Assembly: GCA_963828465.1 (NCBI GenBank)
Contig: CAWHEU010000025.1
Coordinates: 96,001-160,000 of the forward strand
Length of the DNA stretch: 64,000 nucleotides
Reading direction: 5' to 3'
Source of the DNA: an uncultured Acidobacteriota bacterium
GTDB lineage: Bacteria > Actinomycetota > Acidimicrobiia > Spongiisociales > ZC4RG35
Each line of letters begins with the position of its first letter. Position 1 is the first letter of the stretch. The position numbers and the translations under genes are program-made. The notes beneath the pieces were generated by a model. That model saw nothing but the letters and a program-made list of their open reading frames with translations. It ran no database searches and had not been told where the DNA came from. Positions 30,444 through 39,890 of this stretch are shown here, piece by piece.

Positions 30444-30561
30444 TGTCGGAGTGTACTACAACACTAAGACAAGCCACTAGTCCACTGCGCCTAAACGGTG
30501 AGCCGGCAGATGGCCACGCCGGGCTGTTTGATCGAGCGGGGCGACGGGAAACAAGTCAGAG

Positions 30562-31059
30562 ATGCAGACGAGGGACGTCACCGACATCCTGAAGAAGCCG
30601 ATCAGCCAAGAGATGCTCAACCGGGACATCGTCCGATTGGCGTACGTCGCCACGGACGGCACTCCGAGGGTCGTCCCGATCGGGTTCACCTGGAATGGCT
30701 CCGAGGTCGTCATGTGCACGCCGACGAACGCTCCGAAGCTGGTGTCGTTGCGCCAGAACCCGGCAGTCGCCCTGACCATCGACACCGAGGTCCACCCACC
30801 GAAAATCCTGCTGATCCGGGGCGACGCGGTGCTCGACGAGGTCGAGGGAATTCCTGATGAGTATCTCCAGGCGAGCGGCACCTACAAGATGACGCCGGAG
30901 CAGCGAGTTGAGTGGGAGACCGAGATCCGGTCGTTGTACGACTCAATGGTCCGGATCGTCGTAAAGCCGACGTGGGCGAAGCTGATCGACTTCGACGAGA
31001 CACTTCCAACCCCGGTCGAGCAGCTGGTTCGCCTCCGGGAAGAGCGGGAGCAGGCCTAG
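30562..31059 (+). CDS. Pyridoxamine 5'-phosphate oxidase-like (split barrel flavin/F420-binding) protein
   Basis: RLAYVATDGTPRVVPIGF...KLVSLRQNPAVALTID. Confidence 0.85.
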   Translation: MQTRDVTDILKKPISQEMLNRDIVRLAYVATDGTPRVVPIGFTWNGSEVVMCTPTNAPKLVSLRQNPAVALTIDTEVHPPKILLIRGDAVLDEVEGIPDEYLQASGTYKMTPEQRVEWETEIRSLYDSMVRIVVKPTWAKLIDFDETLPTPVEQLVRLREEREQA

Positions 31060-31098
31060 CCGCTGCCCACCTCGTCACACCGTCGCGCCTGACAACGG

Positions 31099-31144
31099 AC
31101 ACAGAGCAGGTTTCTAAGCCCGGGCGTCGCAGGTTCGAATCCTG
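31099..31144 (+). repeat. Degenerate att-like junction copy 7
   Basis: acacagagcaggtttctaagcccgggcgtcgcaggttcgaatcctg keeps the arm end (acagagcagg) and T-arm; acceptor strand lost. Confidence 0.8.
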
Positions 31145-31457
31145 TGCTGTCTTCCAGTTACCGAACCATCACGTCCTTGTCCGCGCTTCTCACGGAGCCG
31201 AAGGCGATCCCGCCCGAGGTGGCCCTGCTCGGGGGAACGTGGAGGCCTAGGGTTGTCCACAGGTCGAAGCGATCTTCGTGTACTCCGCAATCGGACCCTT
31301 CAACAATCGAACGTTCAAGAAAACGCGTCAGATGAAAGGGGCGACAGGACATATAAGGGAAGGAGCGGGATCGATTCCCGCGAGGAGGAGCCGCGTGAGC
31401 AAGCGGACCAGGCAGGAGCCGGTCCCGGCGCATGGGGCCAGAGCGAAGGAGTACACC

Positions 31458-32783
31458 ATGGCTCGACGCCTTCTAGTCGTCTGGCTGAGCCTTTTCCTGT
31501 TAGTCGCCGCGACCGGCACATCCGGTGCCAGCTCGGGTTCGAGCAGACCACAGGACACCACGGTCCTCGATTGGAACCGTCACGCTTCCGAAGCGCTGAT
31601 CGGCGCACCGGACGGGGGGACTCCCGGAGCCGGACAGACCCCTCCTGTTTCGGTGCTGCACATGGCGATGGTGCAGACGGCGGTGTTCGACGCGGTCAAC
31701 ATGATCGACCGCGGTTATGAGTCTTACCTGGACGACCTGCCCCGGGCCCCAAGATGGGCTTCCAAGCCCGCGGCGGTAGCCACGGCGGCACACGACGTGC
31801 TGGTCGGGTTGGGGATCGCCCCCGTGCCCGCCCTGCCGCCGGCGGTGATCGACCGGCTCAACACGCTGTACACCGCCGCGCTTGCAGGCATTCCCGACGG
31901 CCGCGCCAAGACCGCGGGCATCGAAGCAGGGGCGGCGGCCGCCGATGAAATGCTCGCCCAGCGCACCGGTGACGGCCGCTACGTCCCGTCCGCCTTTGAC
32001 GTCGGCGACGGTCCCGGGGAGTGGCGCCCGACCAGCGGGGTCAACGACCCATTCGCATGGGTCGCCAACGTTGAGCCATTCCTCATGAAGAGAACCTCAC
32101 AGTTCCGGACCGACGGCCCCCTCGACCTCGACAGCCGCGCCTATGCCCGGGAGTACCAGGAGGTCAAGGATTACGGCAATAACGGCACCAGTACCAATAC
32201 GCCGAACCTGCGCAGTCCCGAACAGACCGCCACGGCCATGTTCTTCACCGCCAACCCGGTCGAGATGTACAACCGGGCGTTCCGGACATTCGGCGTGGAT
32301 CGCAACATGAAGCTGGTCGACCAGGCCCGGCTCTTCGCCCAGTTGAACCTGGCCGGTGCCGACGGGGTGATCGGTTGTTGGGACGACAAGGCTCACTGGA
32401 GCTTCTGGCGGCCGATCACCGCGATTCATGAGGGAGACAACGACACCAACCGCAGGACTGTCGGAGACCCGACGTGGAACTCGCTGGTTCCGGCGCCCCC
32501 CTATCCGGACCATCCGTCGGGATACAACTGTGTCACCGGTGCATTCATGCACACCGCGCAGGACTTCTTCGGGAAGAAGAAGGTGGAGTTCGACCTGGTC
32601 AAGATCACAGCCGGCCAACCGGATCAGACGCGCAACTACGAGCGCTTCACCGACGTGATCAAGGACACGATCAACGCCCGGATCTGGCTGGGCATCCACT
32701 TCCGGACCCCGGACGTGCAGGGAGCCGAGCTTGGCGAAGACGTCGCCAACTGGCTCGACAGGCGTTTCTTCGACAAGAGATGA
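31458..32783 (+). CDS. Secreted vanadium-dependent haloperoxidase/PAP2 family protein
   Basis: Signal peptide; KAHWSFWRP, PPYPDHPSGY, RIWLGIHF. Confidence 0.85.
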   Translation: MARRLLVVWLSLFLLVAATGTSGASSGSSRPQDTTVLDWNRHASEALIGAPDGGTPGAGQTPPVSVLHMAMVQTAVFDAVNMIDRGYESYLDDLPRAPRWASKPAAVATAAHDVLVGLGIAPVPALPPAVIDRLNTLYTAALAGIPDGRAKTAGIEAGAAAADEMLAQRTGDGRYVPSAFDVGDGPGEWRPTSGVNDPFAWVANVEPFLMKRTSQFRTDGPLDLDSRAYAREYQEVKDYGNNGTSTNTPNLRSPEQTATAMFFTANPVEMYNRAFRTFGVDRNMKLVDQARLFAQLNLAGADGVIGCWDDKAHWSFWRPITAIHEGDNDTNRRTVGDPTWNSLVPAPPYPDHPSGYNCVTGAFMHTAQDFFGKKKVEFDLVKITAGQPDQTRNYERFTDVIKDTINARIWLGIHFRTPDVQGAELGEDVANWLDRRFFDKR

Positions 32784-32789
32784 CATGAC

Positions 32790-32822
32790 ACCGGGCGGGC
32801 CTCCCTTCGGGGCCCGCCCGGT
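32790..32822 (+). terminator. GC-rich hairpin (putative intrinsic terminator)
   Basis: accgggcgggcc-tcccttcgg-ggcccgcccggt directly after the stop codon. Confidence 0.65.
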
Positions 32823-32863
32823 TCCTTGCCTGTAACTTCGTATCAGAACGTAGGCAAGGAGCC

Positions 32864-33583
32864 ATGGCGACGTATGCGCTCATCCCCGGCGGCGGGGGCG
32901 ACCCATGGGAATGGCACCGGCTGGTGCCCGAACTCGAGGCTCGGGGTCACGAGGCGATCGCGGTCCGCCTCCCGGCTGAGGACGAGACCGCCGGTTGGTC
33001 CGAGTATGCAGACGTGGTCGTCAAAGCCCTGGATCACCGCAGCGAAGTCACTGTCGTCGCAGCATCGATGGGGGGGTTCACCGCCCCGATCGTCTGCTCC
33101 CGGCGCAGGGTCGAGGTGCTCGTCCTGCTGAATGCCATGATCCCGACGCCAGAAGAGACCTTCAATGCGTGGTGGTCGAATACGGGCTCCGAAACGGCGC
33201 GCCATGAGTATCACGCCACAATCGGGCTGGCGCCCGGGGATGCCGACGACGACGGCGCGATCTACTACCACGACTTGTCGGCCGAGATCAGAACTGAAGC
33301 CATGGCACGGACGTGGCAGGACCAGTCGTCGACCCCGCTCGATGAGCCCTGGCCGTTGGGGGCATGGCCAGATGTTCCAACCCGCTTGCTGGCGGGCCGC
33401 TATGACCGGATGTTCCCGCTCGAGTTCCAAAGACGGATTGCTCGCCAGCGGCTTGGTATGGAGGTTGACGAGATCGAAGGGGGTCACATGGTCGCAATGA
33501 GCAACCCGGCCGAGCTGGCCGACCGATTAGAGGTGTATCGGATCGGAGCCCAGAACGGATGGCCCGGGGCAACAACGGCATAG
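32864..33583 (+). CDS. Alpha/beta hydrolase
   Basis: LIPGGGG, AASMGG, DRMFP, GGHM. Confidence 0.85.
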   Translation: MATYALIPGGGGDPWEWHRLVPELEARGHEAIAVRLPAEDETAGWSEYADVVVKALDHRSEVTVVAASMGGFTAPIVCSRRRVEVLVLLNAMIPTPEETFNAWWSNTGSETARHEYHATIGLAPGDADDDGAIYYHDLSAEIRTEAMARTWQDQSSTPLDEPWPLGAWPDVPTRLLAGRYDRMFPLEFQRRIARQRLGMEVDEIEGGHMVAMSNPAELADRLEVYRIGAQNGWPGATTA

Positions 33584-33613
33584 AGTGCCAGTCGAGCCGT
33601 TTCCGAGGTGGAC

Positions 33614-34612
33614 ATGACAGATTCAATCCGTGTGGCGATCGTGCAACGGCCGCCAGTCACACTTGACCGCACCGCCACAATGAAGCGCGTCCTCGAGGGC
33701 ATCGACGAGGCGGCCGGGGATGGGGCACGGCTGGTGGTGTTCCCGGAGACCTATGTGCCGGGCTACCCCGAGTACATCTGGCGGTTACGTCCCGGGGACT
33801 CGCACGACTACCACCTCTCCCGCCAGATCCACGCTCGTCTGCTGGAGAATGCGGTAGATCTCGACGCTGACGATCTCGCTCCGGTCAGGGAGGCAGCCGA
33901 GCGGCACGGCATCGTCGTGATGCTGGGAGTCCACGAACTCGACGGCCGCTTCAGCCGAGCGACCTTGTACAACACCCTGGTCACTATTGGCCCCGACGGG
34001 AGCATGCTCAACCGGCACCGCAAGCTGGTCCCCACCAACCCCGAGCGGATGGTCTGGGCCCAGGGTGACGGCACCGGGCTGCAGGTGACCAGCACTCCGT
34101 TGGGTCGGATCGGGGGCCTCATCTGCTGGGAGAACTACATGCCGCTGGCCCGGTTTGCGCTATATGCGCAGGGGATCGACATCTACGTCGCCCCCACCTG
34201 GGATGAGGGTGACACCTGGCTGGCGTCGCTGCGCCACATTGCCAAGGAGGGTCGCTGCTGGGTGCTCGGGGCAGGATGTGCCGTCCAGGCCGCTGAGATA
34301 CCCGACGATTTCCCCGATCGCGACCGTCTCTATCCCGACCCAGACGAGTGGCTCAATTCAGGCGACTCGGTGGTGATCGATCCGACGGGTCGGGTGGTGG
34401 CCGGCCCGCTTCACGGCGAGTACGGCATCCTCATGGCCGACATCGACGTTGCCGAGGCCAAAGCCGCCCACTACACCCTCGATCCCGCCGGCCATTACAA
34501 CCGGCCCGACGTGTTCCAACTGACCGTCGACAGAACCGCCCGACCCCAAGTCGAGTTCGACGATCCCGAACCTACAGCCGTGAACTTCAGAGGCCCCCAA
34601 TCGCCCGAGTAG
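33614..34612 (+). CDS. Nitrilase (carbon-nitrogen hydrolase)
   Basis: Catalytic triad motifs FPET, HRKLVPTNPER, ICWEN; DPAGHYNRPDVF. Confidence 0.92.
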   Translation: MTDSIRVAIVQRPPVTLDRTATMKRVLEGIDEAAGDGARLVVFPETYVPGYPEYIWRLRPGDSHDYHLSRQIHARLLENAVDLDADDLAPVREAAERHGIVVMLGVHELDGRFSRATLYNTLVTIGPDGSMLNRHRKLVPTNPERMVWAQGDGTGLQVTSTPLGRIGGLICWENYMPLARFALYAQGIDIYVAPTWDEGDTWLASLRHIAKEGRCWVLGAGCAVQAAEIPDDFPDRDRLYPDPDEWLNSGDSVVIDPTGRVVAGPLHGEYGILMADIDVAEAKAAHYTLDPAGHYNRPDVFQLTVDRTARPQVEFDDPEPTAVNFRGPQSPE

Positions 34613-34709
34613 GCAAACGTTCCTTCCCAACCCGAGCGATCGGATGGGTTCGGAGTTCAGCAAGTTTGTTGATTGGCGAATCCGGACGGTGACGGCTCCG
34701 TGTGGCCAC

Positions 34710-35483
34710 TCAGATACGCTCGACCGACTTCGCCCGCCATGACGGAGCGTCCAATGTGGGCGCCCAGTAGTCGCTGATTCTCGAGATCAGGTCTCCGTCG
34801 AAATGGAGCAAGTGGAGCACCGTGCCATCCGCCGGATCCGCCGTCCGAAGCTCCACGAAAGCCGACCCTCCGAGCACCCATCGTTGATGGACCGGGGCCT
34901 GCCGGACAAGGGAAGACATGTACAGCTCCGTGATGTCGGAGGGACCCTCGACAAAGTCGGAGGTTTGAGGAAACTGGACTGTTGCGTTCTCAGACAGGAC
35001 CTCTGAAGGTGACGACCCGCTCATCAACGAGGGGTAGAAGACATCGAGGGTTCTCTCGTGTCGCTTCTGAGCACCAGGGGAGCCAGACGTCTCCTGGATG
35101 CCAGACGCAACGTCCGGCATCGGCCTCGACCACCGATCACGCCACGCCATCTCGATATCCATCGGGCAGTACCAGATCGTCTCCTTCGACATCCGATCCC
35201 CCATCGTCTCGCAGACCGCCACGCCCAACCACGTCGAATCGGGATAAGTCAGAGTGATTTCGGCGAACCAAGTGTCACCTCCGCCCGAGATTCTCACCCA
35301 GCGACCCATGGATCCGGGCTGGACCGAATTCAGGTACAACCACTCTTTGCCATGCCCCTCGACACTCCGCAGGCGGTGCCCGGGATAGCCTGGATAGTTG
35401 AGGCTGATCTCGGCGTCCGATAGGTGATTCGGGATTCGCTCTCCGGTCTGGGGCCAGTCGGCGTACCAATCTTCATGCCGCAA
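34710..35483 (-). CDS. Tandem SnoaL/NTF2-like protein, N-terminus possibly disrupted
   Basis: Two repeats (WPQTGERI / FPQTSDFV); C-terminal DYWAPTLDAPSWR. Confidence 0.65.
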   Translation of the reverse strand: MRHEDWYADWPQTGERIPNHLSDAEISLNYPGYPGHRLRSVEGHGKEWLYLNSVQPGSMGRWVRISGGGDTWFAEITLTYPDSTWLGVAVCETMGDRMSKETIWYCPMDIEMAWRDRWSRPMPDVASGIQETSGSPGAQKRHERTLDVFYPSLMSGSSPSEVLSENATVQFPQTSDFVEGPSDITELYMSSLVRQAPVHQRWVLGGSAFVELRTADPADGTVLHLLHFDGDLISRISDYWAPTLDAPSWRAKSVERI

Positions 35484-36080
35484 CTCTCCCAGGCGATCCG
35501 GGTCGTAGGGATCCAGTGCTCGGATGTAGCTCTCGATCAGTTGACGGTCGTCCAGAAACTCGCCTCCCAGCGAGAAGTTAGCTCGGGGGCCTCGGATACG
35601 CGCTCTGGACCGGCGCCGTGGTGGTCGCGTTCACCCAGCTCCTTCCTGAAACCAAACGCCGGCAAATCAAGCGGGCGATCGACCATTACGAGGCAGGACG
35701 GCTCGAGGAGGCAGCAGACAAGAGCGACCGATCCGTTTGACGGCATGGATGCAGCGGTCCTAGGGTCCCCCGTCCGATGGAGAGATCAGGGGCCGATCTG
35801 ATTCCGCTTGACCCGTTCGCCACGCTTCCCCCACTTGAACAACGTCGGCTTGCGCAGGTGCTCAGTGAGGCAATCGTGCGAACACCACCGGATCACGAAT
35901 CGTACGAGCTGTCGCTCACCATTCTCGACCAACTGATCAGAAGCCACCGAGCCGGTCCGGGTCACTAAAAGACTTCCTGCCTCAGCAAAGGGAGGCGAGA
36001 ACCCAAGCGCCTCCGGCACCCCCCAGTCGGAGGCGCTCTCGCGCACCCCTCCCATTGCGGAAGACACCGCTGGGTGCGCC

Positions 36081-36299
36081 CTAGATCGGCTCGATCTCGA
36101 AATCGGATCCGATCAGATAGTCAGGTATTCCTAGATAGAACTGATCCGGCCCGGCGAAGTAATAGACCTCGTCATTGTCGTGCCGCTCACTTCTCTCGTA
36201 TCGCACCTCGATGCGCTCCGGCTCGGAGTATCCAGGCCGATGGATGATGAGCTGATAGTGGCTACTTGTTTGGAGATCCATGTTTGCCCGCTGAGACAA
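36081..36299 (-). CDS. Small hypothetical protein
   Basis: 72-aa ORF with globular composition; GGAG upstream. Confidence 0.4.
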   Translation of the reverse strand: MSQRANMDLQTSSHYQLIIHRPGYSEPERIEVRYERSERHDNDEVYYFAGPDQFYLGIPDYLIGSDFEIEPI

Positions 36300-36614
36300 G
36301 TCTCCGTCATGGATCTGTCATCCCGATATCTCTCGGGCCTACTTCTAATGAACTGTCGATGAATAGTTCCGCACATCCACCGGGGCTTGGGACGGTGTAG
36401 CTGAGCGGGTTATAGCTTTTCTCGATGGCCCAGGCGTCCGAGCCCTGACCTACTCATGGGTGACAGGATCGTGAACATAGGAATGAGGCGCTCGCCCAGT
36501 CCCGGGAGCGTGTAGAAACCCATCCTCTGCGAGATCCTCAGCAACCCAGGATCGTTCACGATGGGGATCAGCAGGATCTTGATTCCTTCGACCTTGCCGA
36601 CAGGAGAGAAAAGG

Positions 36615-37385
36615 ATGGCATCAAGCACGACTTGGCCCGACAGCGCTCCGGCGAGAGGCGCGCCGATGGATTCGATGAGGAAGGCTGCCGTATGGGCCGG
36701 GGCGCTCTACCTCCTCACTTTTGTTTCGATCCCAACGCTCGCTCTGTACGGTCCGGTCAAGGAGTCGGGCTACATATCCGGTCCTGGTCCAGACACTGGA
36801 GCCCTCTTCGGTGGGATCCTGGAGCTGATCGTGGGCCTCGCCTGCATCGGCACCGCTGTTGCGCTGTACCCAGTGGTCAAGCGTCAGAACGAAGGGATCG
36901 CAATGGGCTTCGTCGGCGCACGAGTCCTGGAAGCTGCGACGATTTTCATCGGGGTGGCCAGCCTGTGGACGATCGTCACCTTGCGGCAGGACGGAGCTGG
37001 AGCAGATGCAGTGCTGACGGGGGATGCCCTTGTGGCGTTCTACGAACGAGCGTTCCTCGTCGGACAGAGCTTCATTCCAGCCGTGAACGCTCTACTGCTT
37101 GGCACCCTGCTGTACCAGTCGCGTCTGGTACCGAGGGTTCTTCCCGTGCTCGGTTTCATCGGAGGTGCCGCCCTGATTTCGTACCACACCGCCACGCTCT
37201 TCGGTTTCACCGGGGAGACGGCAACTGTCCTGGCGGGGATCGCCGTACTCCCAATCGCGACATGGGAGTTCGGGCTGGGCGTCTACCTCATAGTGAAGGG
37301 CTTCCGGCCATCGGCGGTGGCGGAACTCGACACACTACCGGCGGTGCCTGGCACACCCTGGCCCGGTCGATTTGCATCTGATTGA
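36615..37385 (+). CDS. DUF4386 family membrane protein
   Basis: ALYPVVKRQNE, RVLEA, LYQSRLVPRVL, WEFGLGVYLIVKGF. Confidence 0.88.
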   Translation: MASSTTWPDSAPARGAPMDSMRKAAVWAGALYLLTFVSIPTLALYGPVKESGYISGPGPDTGALFGGILELIVGLACIGTAVALYPVVKRQNEGIAMGFVGARVLEAATIFIGVASLWTIVTLRQDGAGADAVLTGDALVAFYERAFLVGQSFIPAVNALLLGTLLYQSRLVPRVLPVLGFIGGAALISYHTATLFGFTGETATVLAGIAVLPIATWEFGLGVYLIVKGFRPSAVAELDTLPAVPGTPWPGRFASD

Positions 37386-37559
37386 GTCCTGACCCCCGAG
37401 ACCGCACCGGCGCTCGTTCCGTTGTCGCCGCGTTAATAACGCGTTAGGAAGCCTCTCCTATGGGCTCGGTTGGCGCTAGCAAGGGAGGTGGCGCGCCGAT
37501 CGGTGAGTGGCACCTGTTGTCACGCGGCCAAGTTGGATCCGGAAATGACGGGGTAAGAG

Positions 37560-39857
37560 GTGAGGGCTCAGACGGAAGTGAATCTCAAACAGAGGCTCTT
37601 CGGAAGGCCGTTCGCCTCTAACGAAGCGGACGCCCAACTTCTTCCCAAGCGGCTAGCTCTTCCGGTCTTCGCCTCCGACCCCCTGTCTTCGGTGGCGTAC
37701 GCGACCGAGGAAGCGATGTTGGTGTTGGCCCTCGCCGGCGCAGCAGCGTTCGCCCTGTTGACGCCGATCTCCCTGGCTATCGCCGCCCTGCTCGTCATCG
37801 TCATTGTCTCCTACCGGCAGACGATCAAGGCGTATCCGGACGGAGGCGGAGCGTTCATCGTCGCCAACGACAACATCGGAATCCGTGCCGGCGGGGTGGC
37901 CGCATCTGCCCTGTTGATCGACTACGTGTTGACGGTCTCGGTCTCGGTGGCCGCGGGTGTCGCCGCCATCACGTCGGCGGCGCCGGCTCTCATCCCGTGG
38001 CGGGTGTGGATCGCACTCGGGTTCGTGGTTCTCTTGACCGTCGCCAACCTGCGGGGCGTCAAGGAGGCTTCCACCGTGTTTGCCCTCCCCACCTATCTGT
38101 TCGTGGCCACCGTGGGAACGATGCTCGTGGTCGGCTTCGCCAAGTGTTTCGACGGTGTGTGCCCGACCGCGATCTCGTCGGGGGCCGACCTCGAGGCAGA
38201 GGCAGGCGTACTTGGACTCTTCCTGATTCTCAGGGCATTCGCCTCTGGATCGACGGCTCTGACCGGTGTCGAGGCCGTCGCCAACGGCGTGCAGGCTTTT
38301 CGAGAGCCCAAGTCGCAGAACGCCGCAGCCACCCTCGGGGTCATGGGCGTCATCTCGATCACGATGTTTCTTGGCATCTCGACGCTTGCCCTCTGGTTCG
38401 ATGTGCGAATCTCAGAGGACACCATCGACCAATACGGGACGGTGATCTCACAGATCGGACGAGCTGCCTTCGGAGGCGGCGTCGGTTTCTACATCCTGCA
38501 GGTGTTCACTGCCGCGATCCTGATCCTGGCCGCCAACACCGCTTACCAGGACTTTCCCCGGTTGTCGGCAATCCTGGCGAGGCACAAGCTGGTGCCTCGC
38601 CAGTTTCTGAACCGAGGCGATCGTCTGGTCTTCTCCAACGGGATCATCGCACTCGCCGTGGTCGCCGCCGCGCTTCTGATCGTGTTCGAGGCGGAGGTCA
38701 GTCGTCTGATTCAGCTCTATGTCGTCGGAGTATTCACGGCGTTCACCCTCAGTCAGACCGGGATGGTGCGCCACTGGTTGAGGACGAGAGAGCATGGGTG
38801 GAGACGGTCGGTGGCGATCAACACGGTCGGTGCCCTGACCACCGGAGTGGTGCTGATCGTCGTGGCCACGGTCAAGTTCACTCATGGGGCGTGGATCGTG
38901 ATCCTGATGATGCCGATCCTCGTCGGTCTGATGCTGAGCACACGGCGCCATTATCTGGGCGTTGCGGCCCAACTCAAACTGGTGCCAATTGAGGCTGAGC
39001 CTCGCCCGACGAGGATCATCGTCCTCGTAGCACATCACGACGAAGGAACCGACCGGGCTCTGCGTTATGCAGAGTTGGTCAACGCCGATGCCGTCACCTG
39101 TGTACATGCCGAGGAGCCTGAATCCGACGACCTCGTCTACACGTGGGATGCGGCCCACCCTGGCCATGCATTGGAGATCATCCCCGGTGAACGTGACTCG
39201 ATCTCGAGACGGGCCGTGCGGCGGGTTCGTCAGGAGCGAGACGCTCACCCCGAGGCGATCATCACAGTCATCCTCGCTGACCGCGTGCGCACTCGGTCGA
39301 TGCTCGCCCCATTCGCCCACCGCCACAGTCTCGCCATCAAGTCCCGGTTGCTCTTCGAGCCGGGCATGGTGGTGACCGACCTCAATGTCCCGGTTCGCTC
39401 ACGACGCAGCAAGTTGCCCCGCGTTCCAACCCGCAAGATCGAACAAGTGGTGCTCGTCTCCGACATGACCCGTCCCATCAGGGAGGCACTCACATATGCC
39501 CAAAGTCTTGGGCCTCAGGTGACAGCGATTCACATCGACGTCGACGAGGCACAAAGAGATCGGCTGGAGCGACAGTGGGTAGAAGCGGGCTACGAGCTTC
39601 CGCTCGTCGTCATTTCCAGTCCGTACCGAAGCATCGTGAGCCCACTCGTCAGATATCTACGCGATCGTCGACGGGCCGCCAGTCCGGGCACCCTGATCTC
39701 GGCGGTGATCCCTGAGTTCATCGTCCCAGGGCGGGTCACACAACTTCTGCACAATCAGACCGGTCTTGCCATCAAGGGCATCCTGGCCGCGGAAGCGGGT
39801 ATCGCAGTCACCAGTGTCCCCTTCCATCTCCGCACCAACGGCGGTTCGGACGACTGA
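37560..39857 (+). CDS. APC superfamily permease, KimA/YdaO-like K+ transporter with duplicated cytoplasmic domain
   Basis: VFASDPLSSVAYATEE, YPDGGG, ALTGVEAVANG, AANTAYQDFP, LHNQT. Confidence 0.88.
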   Translation: MRAQTEVNLKQRLFGRPFASNEADAQLLPKRLALPVFASDPLSSVAYATEEAMLVLALAGAAAFALLTPISLAIAALLVIVIVSYRQTIKAYPDGGGAFIVANDNIGIRAGGVAASALLIDYVLTVSVSVAAGVAAITSAAPALIPWRVWIALGFVVLLTVANLRGVKEASTVFALPTYLFVATVGTMLVVGFAKCFDGVCPTAISSGADLEAEAGVLGLFLILRAFASGSTALTGVEAVANGVQAFREPKSQNAAATLGVMGVISITMFLGISTLALWFDVRISEDTIDQYGTVISQIGRAAFGGGVGFYILQVFTAAILILAANTAYQDFPRLSAILARHKLVPRQFLNRGDRLVFSNGIIALAVVAAALLIVFEAEVSRLIQLYVVGVFTAFTLSQTGMVRHWLRTREHGWRRSVAINTVGALTTGVVLIVVATVKFTHGAWIVILMMPILVGLMLSTRRHYLGVAAQLKLVPIEAEPRPTRIIVLVAHHDEGTDRALRYAELVNADAVTCVHAEEPESDDLVYTWDAAHPGHALEIIPGERDSISRRAVRRVRQERDAHPEAIITVILADRVRTRSMLAPFAHRHSLAIKSRLLFEPGMVVTDLNVPVRSRRSKLPRVPTRKIEQVVLVSDMTRPIREALTYAQSLGPQVTAIHIDVDEAQRDRLERQWVEAGYELPLVVISSPYRSIVSPLVRYLRDRRRAASPGTLISAVIPEFIVPGRVTQLLHNQTGLAIKGILAAEAGIAVTSVPFHLRTNGGSDD

Positions 39858-39890
39858 ACCGTTATCCGCAGTACGACTCAGCACAGTCGA

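Larger units (their letters stand above)
10062..31144 (+). mobile_element. tRNA-Arg-anchored tandem array of integrase-less gene cassettes (genomic island)
   Basis: Six direct copies of the tRNA 3' half downstream of the intact tRNA, five with conserved arms, separating units of unrelated small genes. Confidence 0.75.

Noticed and set aside
37390-37559. c-di-AMP (ydaO) riboswitch upstream of the KimA-like gene
   Set aside because: The conserved riboswitch motifs are not recognisable by eye.
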